This document shows positions 46,467 to 56,360 of a DNA stretch of 64,000 nucleotides, piece after piece. Location: NCBI GenBank assembly GCA_029561175.1, contig JAKQJL010000025.1:3582-67581 (forward strand), given 5' to 3'. Both the position numbers and the translations under genes were made by a program. The stretch's first letter is position 1. Each line of letters begins with the position of its first letter. Origin of the DNA: a bacterium (lineage in GTDB: Bacteria; Patescibacteriota; Microgenomatia; UBA12405). Under the pieces are notes generated by a model. It was not told where the DNA came from and did no database searches. It worked only from the letters and a program-made list of their open reading frames with translations.

Positions 46467-47592
46467 TATTTTTCATCACCGGGCAAATCGGATCAGTTGA
46501 ATTAAAATCATATGGTGCCGATTGATAATAAGGGTCAAGTTTACCCTCAGTATACGACCAAATTAAATATCCATCTCCACCTTGTTTCACATAAGCTTTT
46601 ATTTTTTTATCAAACATCGAAGCTCGATTAGCCAAAGATGAAGCCTGTCCTTTTTTAATTCCGCCTTCGCCCATAAAAATTGGTTTATTTAATTTATTGG
46701 CAATGGCAATATTTCCATCAACATAACTATGATGAAGTGATGGGTTAGTACTTATTGGTTTTCCATAATCATGATTTTCTAAAATATCCACGCTAGCGAT
46801 TGAGTGTAATTTTTCGTATTCAATCCCTGGGTTTTCGGTGCCAATTGTCCCCACACTAATTAAATGGTTTGGATCAATACTTTTTATATAATTAGCCATG
46901 TCTTGGGTAAAATTGTACATACTTGTTGGATCAGATCCTAAGCTGGCAGTTTCCGACTCAGCCTCGTTCATCAATTGCCACATCATGATTATTTTTCTAT
47001 CCTTATACCTTTCCACAATTTTTCCCACATATTCTTTGTAAGTTAATGGATAGTTATAACCGTTATTACCACTAACTCCTTTCTTCCACAATTTATATCC
47101 AGTTTTGTACCAGGTATTCAATTTTCGGCAATCTCCAGAATTATTAATACATTTAGTGCAATCACCCCACTGATTTTCTAGAGTCATAATTAGTCTTACT
47201 CCAGCTTTTTCGGCCTTATCAACTACTTTATCAATTTGGGAAAAATCGACTGTTTTGGTGGTGGCGTTATAGTTGGTATAACTTTGAAAAGCCCATACCC
47301 TCATGGCCATATTAGTATTAGCTCCATTACAAGTGCTCTTCAAATTATCAAACATGGTATTTAAATACAACTCTGGGTATTCGCCGCCATCTCCACATGA
47401 ATTTGCCGAATTATCAGTAAAAGCATTATCTCGATTCACACCTACAAACACAAATGGTTTGCCATTTAAAGTTAATTGATTGCCACTTCGCCGAACAAAA
47501 TCACTTAAATCTGCTGTTTGAGCAAAACTTGGTTTTGCTCCAATTAATAACCAACCAATCAGTAAACAAAAGCCGATGGTATGTTTATTCAT
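46456..47592 (-). CDS. secreted glycoside hydrolase (GH5/GH26-like, mannanase/cellulase fold)
   Basis: 378 aa with signal peptide; WQLMNEAE (catalytic acid-like NE motif) and IWSYTEG (nucleophile region-like). Family assignment uncertain. Confidence 0.4.
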   Translation of the reverse strand: MNKHTIGFCLLIGWLLIGAKPSFAQTADLSDFVRRSGNQLTLNGKPFVFVGVNRDNAFTDNSANSCGDGGEYPELYLNTMFDNLKSTCNGANTNMAMRVWAFQSYTNYNATTKTVDFSQIDKVVDKAEKAGVRLIMTLENQWGDCTKCINNSGDCRKLNTWYKTGYKLWKKGVSGNNGYNYPLTYKEYVGKIVERYKDRKIIMMWQLMNEAESETASLGSDPTSMYNFTQDMANYIKSIDPNHLISVGTIGTENPGIEYEKLHSIASVDILENHDYGKPISTNPSLHHSYVDGNIAIANKLNKPIFMGEGGIKKGQASSLANRASMFDKKIKAYVKQGGDGYLIWSYTEGKLDPYYQSAPYDFNSTDPICPVMKNISF

Positions 47593-47639
47593 TACCTATC
47601 AATTATAGTCGTCTCCAATTTTTGTTTCTATAATAATTA

Positions 47640-48242
47640 TTACAAATTACCCAGTAAATAGTCGTTAAACTCTTTGTCGTTATCAATTTGTTTTTTTAAA
47701 GCTTCTCGAATAATGGTTGTTCGACTTTTATTTTTATTAAATTGTCTCCAATCCAAATATCGTCTTTCCAAACTATTTAATACCAAATGAAATCTGTTCT
47801 TTTCATCACTTCCGCTATATTTTTCAATAAAAGTATTAATAATCTTTTTTAACTCCTCACTTTTATATTCCACCACCTGCAATCTGTCTGATTCAATTCC
47901 GTGAATAAACATTTGCTCAAACTGTCGGTGCTTATTTCCCTGCCACAATACCAACACTGGTTTTCGATATTGAAGCGCCAAAGTTATTTGGTGGCCAGTG
48001 CTAAAATTCGAAACAGTATCTTCAATGATTACCGCGTCTGCTTCTCTAATTGCCTCCACACAATCCTTATATATTTTTTTTACATCAGCTACTCTCTGAT
48101 TATTTTTTAATTTTTTTAAAGTAATTGGTAACCAATCTCTGGTCAACACATTTCCTCCATCTATTAATATTTTTCTAATATCAAAGTAAGTTTCTTGATA
48201 TTTAAAAAATTCAGCCGTGGTGCAAGCAAAAAATATTTTCAT
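47640..48242 (-). CDS. nucleoside 2-deoxyribosyltransferase-like domain fused to a C-terminal ribbon-helix-helix (CopG/Arc-like) DNA-binding domain
   Basis: N-terminus MKIFFACTT...ADAVIIEDTVSNFSTGHQITLALQYRKPVLVL (NDT/SLOG-like); C-terminus RFHLVLNSLERRYLDW...SRTTIIREALKKQI (beta-alpha-alpha RHH pattern). Confidence 0.4.
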   Translation of the reverse strand: MKIFFACTTAEFFKYQETYFDIRKILIDGGNVLTRDWLPITLKKLKNNQRVADVKKIYKDCVEAIREADAVIIEDTVSNFSTGHQITLALQYRKPVLVLWQGNKHRQFEQMFIHGIESDRLQVVEYKSEELKKIINTFIEKYSGSDEKNRFHLVLNSLERRYLDWRQFNKNKSRTTIIREALKKQIDNDKEFNDYLLGNL

Positions 48243-48318
48243 GGTCGATTTTATCTAATGTGCCAAACATGTGCAATATGTGCATATTATTTTTTTTAAA
48301 AAAATATATAAACTACTC

Positions 48319-48909
48319 ATGATCGAAAAACTCTTAATTGCCACTGGCAATCCGGCCAAACTAAATCATTATCGTGGGATTTTATCCGATTTGGTTGGAG
48401 AACTTGTTTGTCTTGCCGATTTAGATATTCAAACTCGTCCTCAAGAAACCGGGTCTACTGCCCAAGAAAATTCTGAAATTAAAGCCATTTATTATTCTCG
48501 CCAAACTGGCTTACCTGCCTTTTCTATTGATGAGTCTCTCTATGTTGATTTTTTAAAAGAACAACCCGGTGTTAATGTTCGCAGAATTGATGGCAAAACT
48601 GAAGTTACCGACCAAGAACTTTTTGATTATTGGTCTCAAAAAATATCTCAAGCACCCGTTTCTTTGCGTCAAGGTTATTGGCAATTTGCCTACACTTTGG
48701 CTGATCATGGCCAAGTTATCAAAACCATCATCCAAAATCGTCCCATTCATTTTTTTTCTCCTGGTTCATCAATTATCGTCCCTGGCTGGCCATTAAGCAG
48801 TCTTCAAGGAGTTGGCAAGCCACAAAGTGAATATTCTCCATCAGAGATTCAGAAAATGGCCGATACTGATGCTTCTTTCGTTCGCCAGCTGTTCTTGGTT
48901 GAATCATAA
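48319..48909 (+). CDS. non-canonical purine NTP pyrophosphatase (Ham1/RdgB/ITPase-like)
   Basis: LLIATGNPAKLNHYRGIL N-terminus typical of the Ham1 family; likely start at MIEK (48319) rather than 48271. Confidence 0.55.
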   Translation: MIEKLLIATGNPAKLNHYRGILSDLVGELVCLADLDIQTRPQETGSTAQENSEIKAIYYSRQTGLPAFSIDESLYVDFLKEQPGVNVRRIDGKTEVTDQELFDYWSQKISQAPVSLRQGYWQFAYTLADHGQVIKTIIQNRPIHFFSPGSSIIVPGWPLSSLQGVGKPQSEYSPSEIQKMADTDASFVRQLFLVES

Positions 48910-49198
48910 TCATTCTTTCAGATTATCAATTTCACTAGGTAATCCTCCAATTCACACTTCTGAGTTAGTTTGTAGGAAGGTTTAGTTTTCTTAATATTAA
49001 GTCAGAATCTTTTTCTGATAATTCAGTTACTAATGGTTCTTTCAATTTATCACACTCTTTACCTAGAGCCCATAAGCATAATCCACCCAAGTTACATCTC
49101 AAAGGTTCACTTGGACTAACAAAACTACATAATAAATGAGTACAAAATAATTCCATGCGCTATTGTATCAAAATTTTGATAAACTCTACCTTATCTTT

Positions 49199-49645
49199 AT
49201 GATCACCAAACTTGGTCGTCAATTATTAGAGGAAAAACTATTGGCTCTCAAAGAAGAGCTTCGTTTAACCTACCAAAAACGAAGTGAAGCTGCCGCCGAA
49301 GGGGACTTAAAAGAAAACTCAGCTTACATTTATGCCGGAGAACACGCCAATTTATTAAATTCGCAAATCGAAGAAATAGTATCTGATTTAAAAAACTTTA
49401 TTATCAAATCCAATCCAACTCAATTTGAAACCGTCGAATTTGGTCACCAGGTTACTCTTCTTTATCCCGATCAACGCCAAGTCGATTTTGTTTTAGTTGG
49501 TAAATACGATGCTCGTCTCAAGCCAAACTGGATTTATTATCAAAGCCCCATTGGTCTAGCTCTTCTCTCAAAAAAACCCGGCGATCAAATTCAAATCAAC
49601 GATCAAACTATCACTCTGGTCAGTATCTCTTCAGGAAATATCTAA
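49199..49645 (+). CDS. greA: transcription elongation factor GreA family
   Basis: Coiled-coil N-terminus (LEEKLLALKEELR...GDLKENSAY) and FKBP-like C-terminus (YQSPIGLALLSKKPGDQIQI). Confidence 0.6.
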   Translation: MITKLGRQLLEEKLLALKEELRLTYQKRSEAAAEGDLKENSAYIYAGEHANLLNSQIEEIVSDLKNFIIKSNPTQFETVEFGHQVTLLYPDQRQVDFVLVGKYDARLKPNWIYYQSPIGLALLSKKPGDQIQINDQTITLVSISSGNI

Positions 49646-49688
49646 ACTTCAGCCATCTTTCAGTATCCGATTCTAAACTCCTTTCATT

Positions 49689-50912
49689 ATGAAAAAAGTC
49701 TTAATAATTATTGCCGTGGTTGCGGCCTTAATCTTTGGTGTTTTTAAAATTACTACATCTAAAAAAACCACCACTCAATCCCAAACTTACTCAGTCACCA
49801 AAGGCACCTTAGTCACTTCGATTTCAGCGACTGGCACTATAACTTCCGGCAATAGCACCAATATCACTACTTCCGCCAGTGGTACTGTTTCTGAAGTTTT
49901 TGTTAAAAATGGCGACTCAATTAAAAAAGATCAAAAAATTGCCACCTTAATTTTGGATGATTCATCAAAAACCAAACAATCAAATGCTTATGCGGCTTAT
50001 CTAAAAGCCAAAGAAGCCGTGGCTACTGCTGTGGCTGCCAAAGTTACCGCCGATATTCAAATGTGGACCGATCATCAAGCTCATCTAACTGCCCTGGGTG
50101 TCCAGTCAACCATGAATTCCAACAACACCAACCCTAAAACCAGCCAAGTTTATACTGCCGAAGAGCGAATGGTTATCGACAAAACTGTCGATCAAGCTTA
50201 CTTAAATTTTAAAGCTTCAGAATTAAAGTATCAAAATGCTCCTGCTGCTATTACCAATGCTAAGGTCAACTTAGCTTCGGCGTATAATGATTATTTAAAT
50301 AACTCGGCTACAATTTTAGCCCCAGCCGATGGGGTGGTTAATAATTTAACTCTTGCCCCCGGGGTGGTTATTTCTGAAGTCACTGGTGAAGACGTCACCA
50401 CTCAAACTATCGGAATTGTTAATAATATCAATAATCAATTTCAAGCCACGGTTAATTTAACCGAATCCGATGTTACCAAAATCAAAGCCGATCAAAAAGT
50501 TTCGCTCACCCTGGATGCTTTTTCCGACAAAACTTTTACCGGAAAAGTTTTGGCCGTCAACACTTCTGGTACTTCAACTTCAGGAGTTACTAGTTATCCA
50601 GTAACTATTCTTCTCGATTCTACCGATATTAATATTTATTCTAAAATGTCGGTCAGCGCTCAAATAATCACCAATATTTATCATGATGTTTTATTAATTT
50701 CTAATAATGCTCTTAGCTCTCTAAAATCCGATGTGGTTACTGGTGAAACCGATGGCACCAACACCATTGTTAAGTCAGGTTTATCAGAAGGCGATAAAGT
50801 CACTGTCACTTCAACTCAATCAAGTTCTGTTAGTAATACTTCTTCTCCTTTTAGTTCTACTAATCGAACTAAAAATAGTAACAGCGGTGGTATGATGCCT
50901 CCTGGTTTTTAA
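49689..50912 (+). CDS. efflux transporter periplasmic adaptor (HlyD/MacA-like membrane fusion protein)
   Basis: N-terminal TM, biotinyl/lipoyl-like hairpin (TGTITSGNSTNITTSASGTVSEVFVKNGDSIKKDQKIATL), operon with ABC ATPase and permease. Confidence 0.5.
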   Translation: MKKVLIIIAVVAALIFGVFKITTSKKTTTQSQTYSVTKGTLVTSISATGTITSGNSTNITTSASGTVSEVFVKNGDSIKKDQKIATLILDDSSKTKQSNAYAAYLKAKEAVATAVAAKVTADIQMWTDHQAHLTALGVQSTMNSNNTNPKTSQVYTAEERMVIDKTVDQAYLNFKASELKYQNAPAAITNAKVNLASAYNDYLNNSATILAPADGVVNNLTLAPGVVISEVTGEDVTTQTIGIVNNINNQFQATVNLTESDVTKIKADQKVSLTLDAFSDKTFTGKVLAVNTSGTSTSGVTSYPVTILLDSTDINIYSKMSVSAQIITNIYHDVLLISNNALSSLKSDVVTGETDGTNTIVKSGLSEGDKVTVTSTQSSSVSNTSSPFSSTNRTKNSNSGGMMPPGF

Positions 50913-50913
50913 T

Positions 50914-51612
50914 ATGAAAAATATTATTGATCTTAAAAATATCTCAAAAATTTATACTACCGAAGCTGGTAAAACTATTGCTCTCGATAATGTATCTTTT
51001 AATGTAAAAACCGGCGAGTTTGTCGCTATTATGGGGCCATCTGGTTCTGGCAAATCAACTTTAATGCATATTTTGGGTGCCATCGATATTCCCACCTCGG
51101 GCACCTATCTTCTTGATGGTGAAAATGTCGAAAACCTAGATGATGATCAGTTAGCCGATATTCGTAACCGTAAAATTGGATTTGTATTTCAAGCTTTTAA
51201 TCTTTTACCTCGAACTACTGTTTTGCAAAATGTTATCTTGCCCATGAAATATGGCAATGTCCCCGAAGAAAACCGTGAACCAATTGCTAAAAAATTTTTA
51301 ACCCTAGTTGGTCTTCAAGATCGTCTTTCCCACACTTCCAATCAAATTTCTGGTGGTCAACAACAGCGAGTGGCTATTGCCCGAGCTTTGGTTATGAATC
51401 CCGCCATTATTTTGGCCGACGAACCCACTGGTAATATTGCCTCTAGTCAGGCCGAAGAAGTTATGGCCATTTTTCAAAAATTAAATGACGATGGTCATAC
51501 TATTATTATGATTACCCACGAGCCAGATATAGCCCAGCATTCAAAAAGAATCATTATCCTAAAAGACGGCCAAATCGTTAGTGATCAATTAAATTATCAA
51601 TATCGAATATGA
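50914..51612 (+). CDS. ABC transporter ATP-binding protein (MacB/LolD family)
   Basis: Walker A GPSGSGKST, signature ISGGQQQRVAIARAL, Walker B ILADEPTG. Confidence 0.85.
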   Translation: MKNIIDLKNISKIYTTEAGKTIALDNVSFNVKTGEFVAIMGPSGSGKSTLMHILGAIDIPTSGTYLLDGENVENLDDDQLADIRNRKIGFVFQAFNLLPRTTVLQNVILPMKYGNVPEENREPIAKKFLTLVGLQDRLSHTSNQISGGQQQRVAIARALVMNPAIILADEPTGNIASSQAEEVMAIFQKLNDDGHTIIMITHEPDIAQHSKRIIILKDGQIVSDQLNYQYRI

Positions 51613-52835
51613 AATTTTTTGCCGAAATTATCAAAGACGGTTTCCTTACCCTAAAACTCAATAAAATGCGAACTGGTTTAGCTATTTTAGGAATTGTTAT
51701 CGGTATTGGTAGTGTTATTGCTTTAATGTCGATTGGTGAAGCCAGTAAAAAATCTGTTCAAAATCAAATCCAGTCACTCGGCGCCAATTTATTAACTATT
51801 TCTCCTGGATCCCAAAGCCAAGGCATGGTTAGGGGAGCCGCCGGTGGCCGAACCACCCTTACCTCCGAAGACGCCTCGGCCCTCGAAGCCAAAAAATTTT
51901 CCGCCATCAAAACTGTTTCTCCTGAATATTCTTCTCGAACTCAAGTAATTTCTAGTCAAAGCAACACTAATACTCAAGTTTATGGAGTTACTCAAAATTA
52001 CCAAACAGTTCATAAGGTTACTTTAAGTAGTGGCCAATTTATTTCCGAAAACGATCTTACTGCCAATAGTAAAGTTGCCGTTCTCGGCCCAACTGTGGTT
52101 GAAGATTTGTTTGGCGATAGTTCTTTTAATCCCATTGGTCAGTCAATTAAGATTAACGGCCAAAGTTTTCAAGTAATTGGAGTTACCAAAGCCAAAGGTG
52201 GTAGTGGCATGTCCAATCAAGACGATCAAATTTATATCCCTCTTTCAGTTGCTCAAAAACAAGTTTTTGGTGTTAAATATCTTTCTGCCATTTCTCTTGA
52301 AGCTATTAGCCAAGAAGAAATGACTCGGGCCATGAATCAAGCCGGTTATTTTCTTTTAGAACGCCATAAAATTACCGACACCACCAAAGCCGATTTCACT
52401 ATTCGTTCTCAAGCGGATATTATGTCCGCCATGACTTCGGTCTCGGGAACTCTAACTGGTCTTTTATCCGGAGTAGCGGCTATTTCTCTAATTGTTGGTG
52501 GTATAGGCATTATGAATATTATGTTAGTTACCGTCACCGAGCGAACCCGAGAAATTGGTTTAAGAAAAGCTCTGGGGGCAAAAAAGAAAGCTATTATTTA
52601 TCAGTTTTTAGTTGAGTCAGTAATCCTCACTTTTTCAGGTGGCATGATCGGAATTTTAGCCGGAATTTTAACTGCCTTTGTTTATGCTCAATTAAATAGT
52701 TCACTATTTGCTATTTCTGTTTCGTCTATCTTTCTGGCATTTTTTGTTTCAGTCGCCATTGGTATTGTTTTTGGTTGGTATCCTGCCAAACGGGCCTCAG
52801 CCCTTCAACCTATCGAAGCCCTCCGCTACGAGTAG
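51609..52835 (+). CDS. ABC transporter permease (MacB/FtsX-like with periplasmic domain)
   Basis: 408 aa: TM1, large periplasmic MacB_PCD-like domain, three C-terminal TM helices (FtsX fold). Confidence 0.75.
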   Translation: MKFFAEIIKDGFLTLKLNKMRTGLAILGIVIGIGSVIALMSIGEASKKSVQNQIQSLGANLLTISPGSQSQGMVRGAAGGRTTLTSEDASALEAKKFSAIKTVSPEYSSRTQVISSQSNTNTQVYGVTQNYQTVHKVTLSSGQFISENDLTANSKVAVLGPTVVEDLFGDSSFNPIGQSIKINGQSFQVIGVTKAKGGSGMSNQDDQIYIPLSVAQKQVFGVKYLSAISLEAISQEEMTRAMNQAGYFLLERHKITDTTKADFTIRSQADIMSAMTSVSGTLTGLLSGVAAISLIVGGIGIMNIMLVTVTERTREIGLRKALGAKKKAIIYQFLVESVILTFSGGMIGILAGILTAFVYAQLNSSLFAISVSSIFLAFFVSVAIGIVFGWYPAKRASALQPIEALRYE

Positions 52836-52851
52836 TGTTAAAATAAAAGCT

Positions 52852-54303
52852 ATGATTTTTGTCAAAGATTTATCCTATTCTTACGGCCGCGAGCCCATAT
52901 TTTCTGGCGCCAGTTTTTATCTTGATAAAAATCAAAAAGCTGGTTTAGTTGGCTCAAATGGCTCTGGTAAATCTACCCTATTTAAATTGCTCACCGGTGA
53001 AGACCAACCCGATGACGGTAAAGTTGAAGTTGGTGGCCAAATTATGCTGGTTCCCCAAGAAGTCAAACACGACCCCCAAATGGAGAAAGCACCATCTATT
53101 AGGCACTATCTCGATCCCAAACAAACAGCCGAAGACTATGAATTACTTCGCATTATTTCCAAATTGGAACTAGCTCAATTTAGTCTCGACTCCTCGCCTC
53201 GAAATTTAAGTGGTGGCCAAAAAACCAAATTAGCCATTGCTCGAGCCTTAGTTCAAAAGCCCGATGTTTTGCTTTTAGATGAACCAACTAATTTTTTAGA
53301 TACTGAAGGAAAAAATTGGGTAATGAACTTTTTAGGTCGTTACCCTAAAACTTTATTAGTCATTTCTCACGACTTAAGTCTTTTAGATTCTAAAATCGAC
53401 AAAATTCTTGAAATTAATTTGCAAACTAAAAAGATCGACGAATATGCCGGCAACTATTCCAGCTATCTCCAATTAAAAGGAGAAAAAGAAAACTTGCTTG
53501 TTCGTCAAATTCATGTTCAAGAACGTCATATTGCTCAAATGAAAAAAGGCTGGTTAAAAATGTCGCATGTTAAGTCTGAAAAAGGTGTTCGTCAACGGCT
53601 TCAACTCGAAAAAAGAATCGATCAACTGTCTGCCAGTCTACCTCAAATGCCACTCCAAGCCAAAAAAATAAAAATCAAATTACCTGATCCTCAATGGGTT
53701 GGTGAAATGCCACTAATTGCCCAAGATATCAACAAAACTTATGGCTCTAAAGTTGTTTTAAATAGTGTCTCTTTCGATATAAAAAGAGGGGAGAGAATCG
53801 CACTTTCTGGTCCCAACGGTGCCGGTAAAAGTACTTTAATCAAAATCCTTATAGGTCTCACTCTGCCAGATTCTGGCGAAATTGTTAAAGATGAAAAACT
53901 CTTAATTGGTTATTATTCTCAAGAATTCGAAACCTTTGATTTTCAAAAAACTCTCCACCAAACTGTCAAAGATAAATGTGGTTTACCCGAATCAACTATT
54001 CGTTCACTTTTGGGTCGTTTTCTTTTTACTGGTGATCAAGTCTTCCAAAAAGTTGGTTCGCTTTCCGGTGGCGAAAAAACTAGATTATCAATTGCTCTTC
54101 TCTTGGCTCAAAATTATAATCTTTTAATTTTAGATGAACCAACCACCTATCTCGACGTTCTTTCGCAGCGCTTAATTTTAGAAGCCATCAAACTTTACCA
54201 AGGCGCCATGATTGTTGTTTCTCATACCCCCGAATTTATTTCTGAACTAAAACCATCGCGACAATTTTTGCTTCCCGAAAATAAAATGGTTTTGTTAAGC
54301 TAA
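52852..54303 (+). CDS. ABC-F family ATPase (tandem ABC domains; translation factor/ribosome-protection type)
   Basis: Two Walker A sites (GSNGSGKST; GPNGAGKST), two signatures (LSGGQKTKLAIARAL; LSGGEKTRLSIALLL), no TM. ATG 52852 likely (ORF-track start overlaps the permease). Confidence 0.8.
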   Translation: MIFVKDLSYSYGREPIFSGASFYLDKNQKAGLVGSNGSGKSTLFKLLTGEDQPDDGKVEVGGQIMLVPQEVKHDPQMEKAPSIRHYLDPKQTAEDYELLRIISKLELAQFSLDSSPRNLSGGQKTKLAIARALVQKPDVLLLDEPTNFLDTEGKNWVMNFLGRYPKTLLVISHDLSLLDSKIDKILEINLQTKKIDEYAGNYSSYLQLKGEKENLLVRQIHVQERHIAQMKKGWLKMSHVKSEKGVRQRLQLEKRIDQLSASLPQMPLQAKKIKIKLPDPQWVGEMPLIAQDINKTYGSKVVLNSVSFDIKRGERIALSGPNGAGKSTLIKILIGLTLPDSGEIVKDEKLLIGYYSQEFETFDFQKTLHQTVKDKCGLPESTIRSLLGRFLFTGDQVFQKVGSLSGGEKTRLSIALLLAQNYNLLILDEPTTYLDVLSQRLILEAIKLYQGAMIVVSHTPEFISELKPSRQFLLPENKMVLLS

Positions 54304-54785
54304 CTTCTCTTCTTTAAAATACTTTCAATTTCTCCCCTAATCACCGAAGGCTCTTTTTTAGTTACCATTGAAATTTCTTGGCATAATCTTGCCATCATTT
54401 GTTCCACTATTTCCAAATCAGTTTTGGTTAAAGTGGCCATTCTTATCCAATAATAAATTAATACCGACACAATCGACTCAAGATTGTTGGAAAAAATCAT
54501 CTCTTTAATCACCAAGCTGTTATATTCTGCTTCAATCTCTTTATTTTTTAAATCTTTATAGACTTTCTTAATTTCATCTGTGGTCAACATTTTTCGAATT
54601 CCAGTTTTTTTTAAATTCTCAATTGGAATAGATGCCGTATAAACTTTATCGGAACCCCAGGCCGGTTTGTAATACATATAGTATTCTTCTTTGCCTTTAT
54701 TGTCTTTTACCAGTTTAACCTCCGTCACTTGGTATATATATGACGAATCAGTAACAAACTCCCCAGCACCATAATCTTGATTCAT
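54300..54785 (-). CDS. CarD/CdnL-like (TRCF RNAP-interacting domain) protein
   Basis: 161 aa. N-terminal Tudor-like pattern (GEFVTDSSYIYQVTEV...EEYYMYY...IPIENLKKTGIRKMLTTDEIKKV). Confidence 0.4.
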   Translation of the reverse strand: MNQDYGAGEFVTDSSYIYQVTEVKLVKDNKGKEEYYMYYKPAWGSDKVYTASIPIENLKKTGIRKMLTTDEIKKVYKDLKNKEIEAEYNSLVIKEMIFSNNLESIVSVLIYYWIRMATLTKTDLEIVEQMMARLCQEISMVTKKEPSVIRGEIESILKKRS

Positions 54786-54835
54786 AACTTCTCCACTAAA
54801 ATAATATCTATCTTTCGATATATTATTATATCAGA

Positions 54836-55366
54836 TTATTCCTCTTCCGGAGGCAGGTATTCCTCACCGTTATCCGATTCGGTTTGATTGGCTTTAAGCC
54901 ACAAAACATAATCACATCCGGTTGCTTTTTTAGCTTCTCGATCCCAACCAGAAGTTGAACATTTTTTCATTTTTTTACCATTAGCGGTAGTGTATAAAAC
55001 CAAAGCCTCTCCACATTTAGGGCATTTTTCATCCAAAGGTTCGGTGGTGCCATTAACCCATTCCACATAATCACAACCAATGGCTTTTTTAGCTTCTTTA
55101 TCCCAGCTTCCAGCACTACATTTTTTCATTTTTTTACCAAATCTGGTTACCTGTAAAACTAATTTAGCTCCACATTTAGGGCAATTTTCATCCAGTTCTT
55201 TTGGTTCAACTTCCAACCATTTCACGTATTCACAACCTTCATTTTTATGTGTCTGAGGATTCCAGCTTCCTTGGCTGCATCTTTGGAGTTTTCTACCAGT
55301 AGCAGTTTCAGTAACCTCGCCCAATGGGGCGCCACATTTTGGACATACTTCTTCATTTTGAGTCAT
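54836..55366 (-). CDS. protein composed of four tandem topoisomerase-type C4 zinc-ribbon repeats
   Basis: 4x CPKCGA(P/K/E)L...G(R/K)K(L/M)(Q/K)(R/K)CS..(S/G)W...(C/GC)(E/D)YV(K/E/L)W with about 44 aa periodicity; resembles zf-C4_Topoisom modules. Confidence 0.5.
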   Translation of the reverse strand: MTQNEEVCPKCGAPLGEVTETATGRKLQRCSQGSWNPQTHKNEGCEYVKWLEVEPKELDENCPKCGAKLVLQVTRFGKKMKKCSAGSWDKEAKKAIGCDYVEWVNGTTEPLDEKCPKCGEALVLYTTANGKKMKKCSTSGWDREAKKATGCDYVLWLKANQTESDNGEEYLPPEEE

Positions 55367-55410
55367 GCTTATATACTAGCATTATTTTTCTTTGATATAC
55401 TCAATTAGCT

Positions 55411-56256
55411 ATGGATATTCATGTTGCCGATCAAAGAATTTTGTTATTTACCGATCAAATTACTCCGGAGGATGCTCAATCAAAAGCTTGGGATAAGCGA
55501 ATTTCCGCTTTCGATGCTCTTTCAAAAGTTACCGGGTTCTTTTCTCGTCCCAAAGATGATGATTTTGAATTAACTTATTCCGAGCATCGTTATCAACCTT
55601 TTTGGCATGTAGTCGCCAAGGCTAAATATGTCTATGATCGCAGTGCCAAATATCAAGTTCCGGTTTCTGGCCCAGAAGTAAAATCAATCACTCTTCTAAA
55701 AAATCATTATGAAGCCGTTAATGGCCACCTCCATCTCGATATTATGGAACATTGTCTTCAAGAAGAACAAGATGAAGCTTTGGTTGATGGTGTCACCGGC
55801 AAGGCTGACTCGGAATTGGGTCGTTATCTATCTTTTTCTCCCAAAGTAATTTCTGGCCAAATTGAAAAACATGTGGCCGACACTTCAATTTTAGTTCCAC
55901 CTCAAACTCGAGTTTCAGCCATCATGCGCGATTCTCTCTCTAAAATGATTAAAGGCATTCAGACCGATAAAATCCTCGAAGAAAATGTCGAAGTTACCTG
56001 TGTTGATCTCTACTATCATCCTATTTATGCTTTTCAGTACAAATGGCTTTCCAAAAACAAAGAAGCCATTTTAGAAGTTGACGGTATTACTGGCGAAATC
56101 AAAGCTGGTAGTCGAGTCTTTAGTGAATACCTCGGCCACATTCTCGATCCTAGTTTTCTTTTCGATCTTGGTGCCGATGCGGCTGGCATGATCATTCCCG
56201 GTGGTAGTATTGCTGTCAAAGTTGCCAAACATGTCCTCGACTCCCAGAAAAAATAA
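55411..56256 (+). CDS. hypothetical protein
   Basis: 281 aa soluble, no recognised motifs; divergent from the zinc-ribbon repeat gene. Confidence 0.4.
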   Translation: MDIHVADQRILLFTDQITPEDAQSKAWDKRISAFDALSKVTGFFSRPKDDDFELTYSEHRYQPFWHVVAKAKYVYDRSAKYQVPVSGPEVKSITLLKNHYEAVNGHLHLDIMEHCLQEEQDEALVDGVTGKADSELGRYLSFSPKVISGQIEKHVADTSILVPPQTRVSAIMRDSLSKMIKGIQTDKILEENVEVTCVDLYYHPIYAFQYKWLSKNKEAILEVDGITGEIKAGSRVFSEYLGHILDPSFLFDLGADAAGMIIPGGSIAVKVAKHVLDSQKK

Positions 56257-56360
56257 TCTAGTGTAAAATTATCTATGATCAACAACAAAAAAGTCCGCTT
56301 AGTTCTCATCGTTATTCTTCTTATTATTGCCGCTTATTTCTTTTACTCATTAACCTAATT

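Noticed and set aside
48965-49156. 63-aa Cys-rich ORF on the minus strand between the rdgB-like and greA genes
   Set aside because: It is short, with no recognisable domain, and overlaps the likely greA promoter or leader. Coding status cannot be judged from sequence alone.
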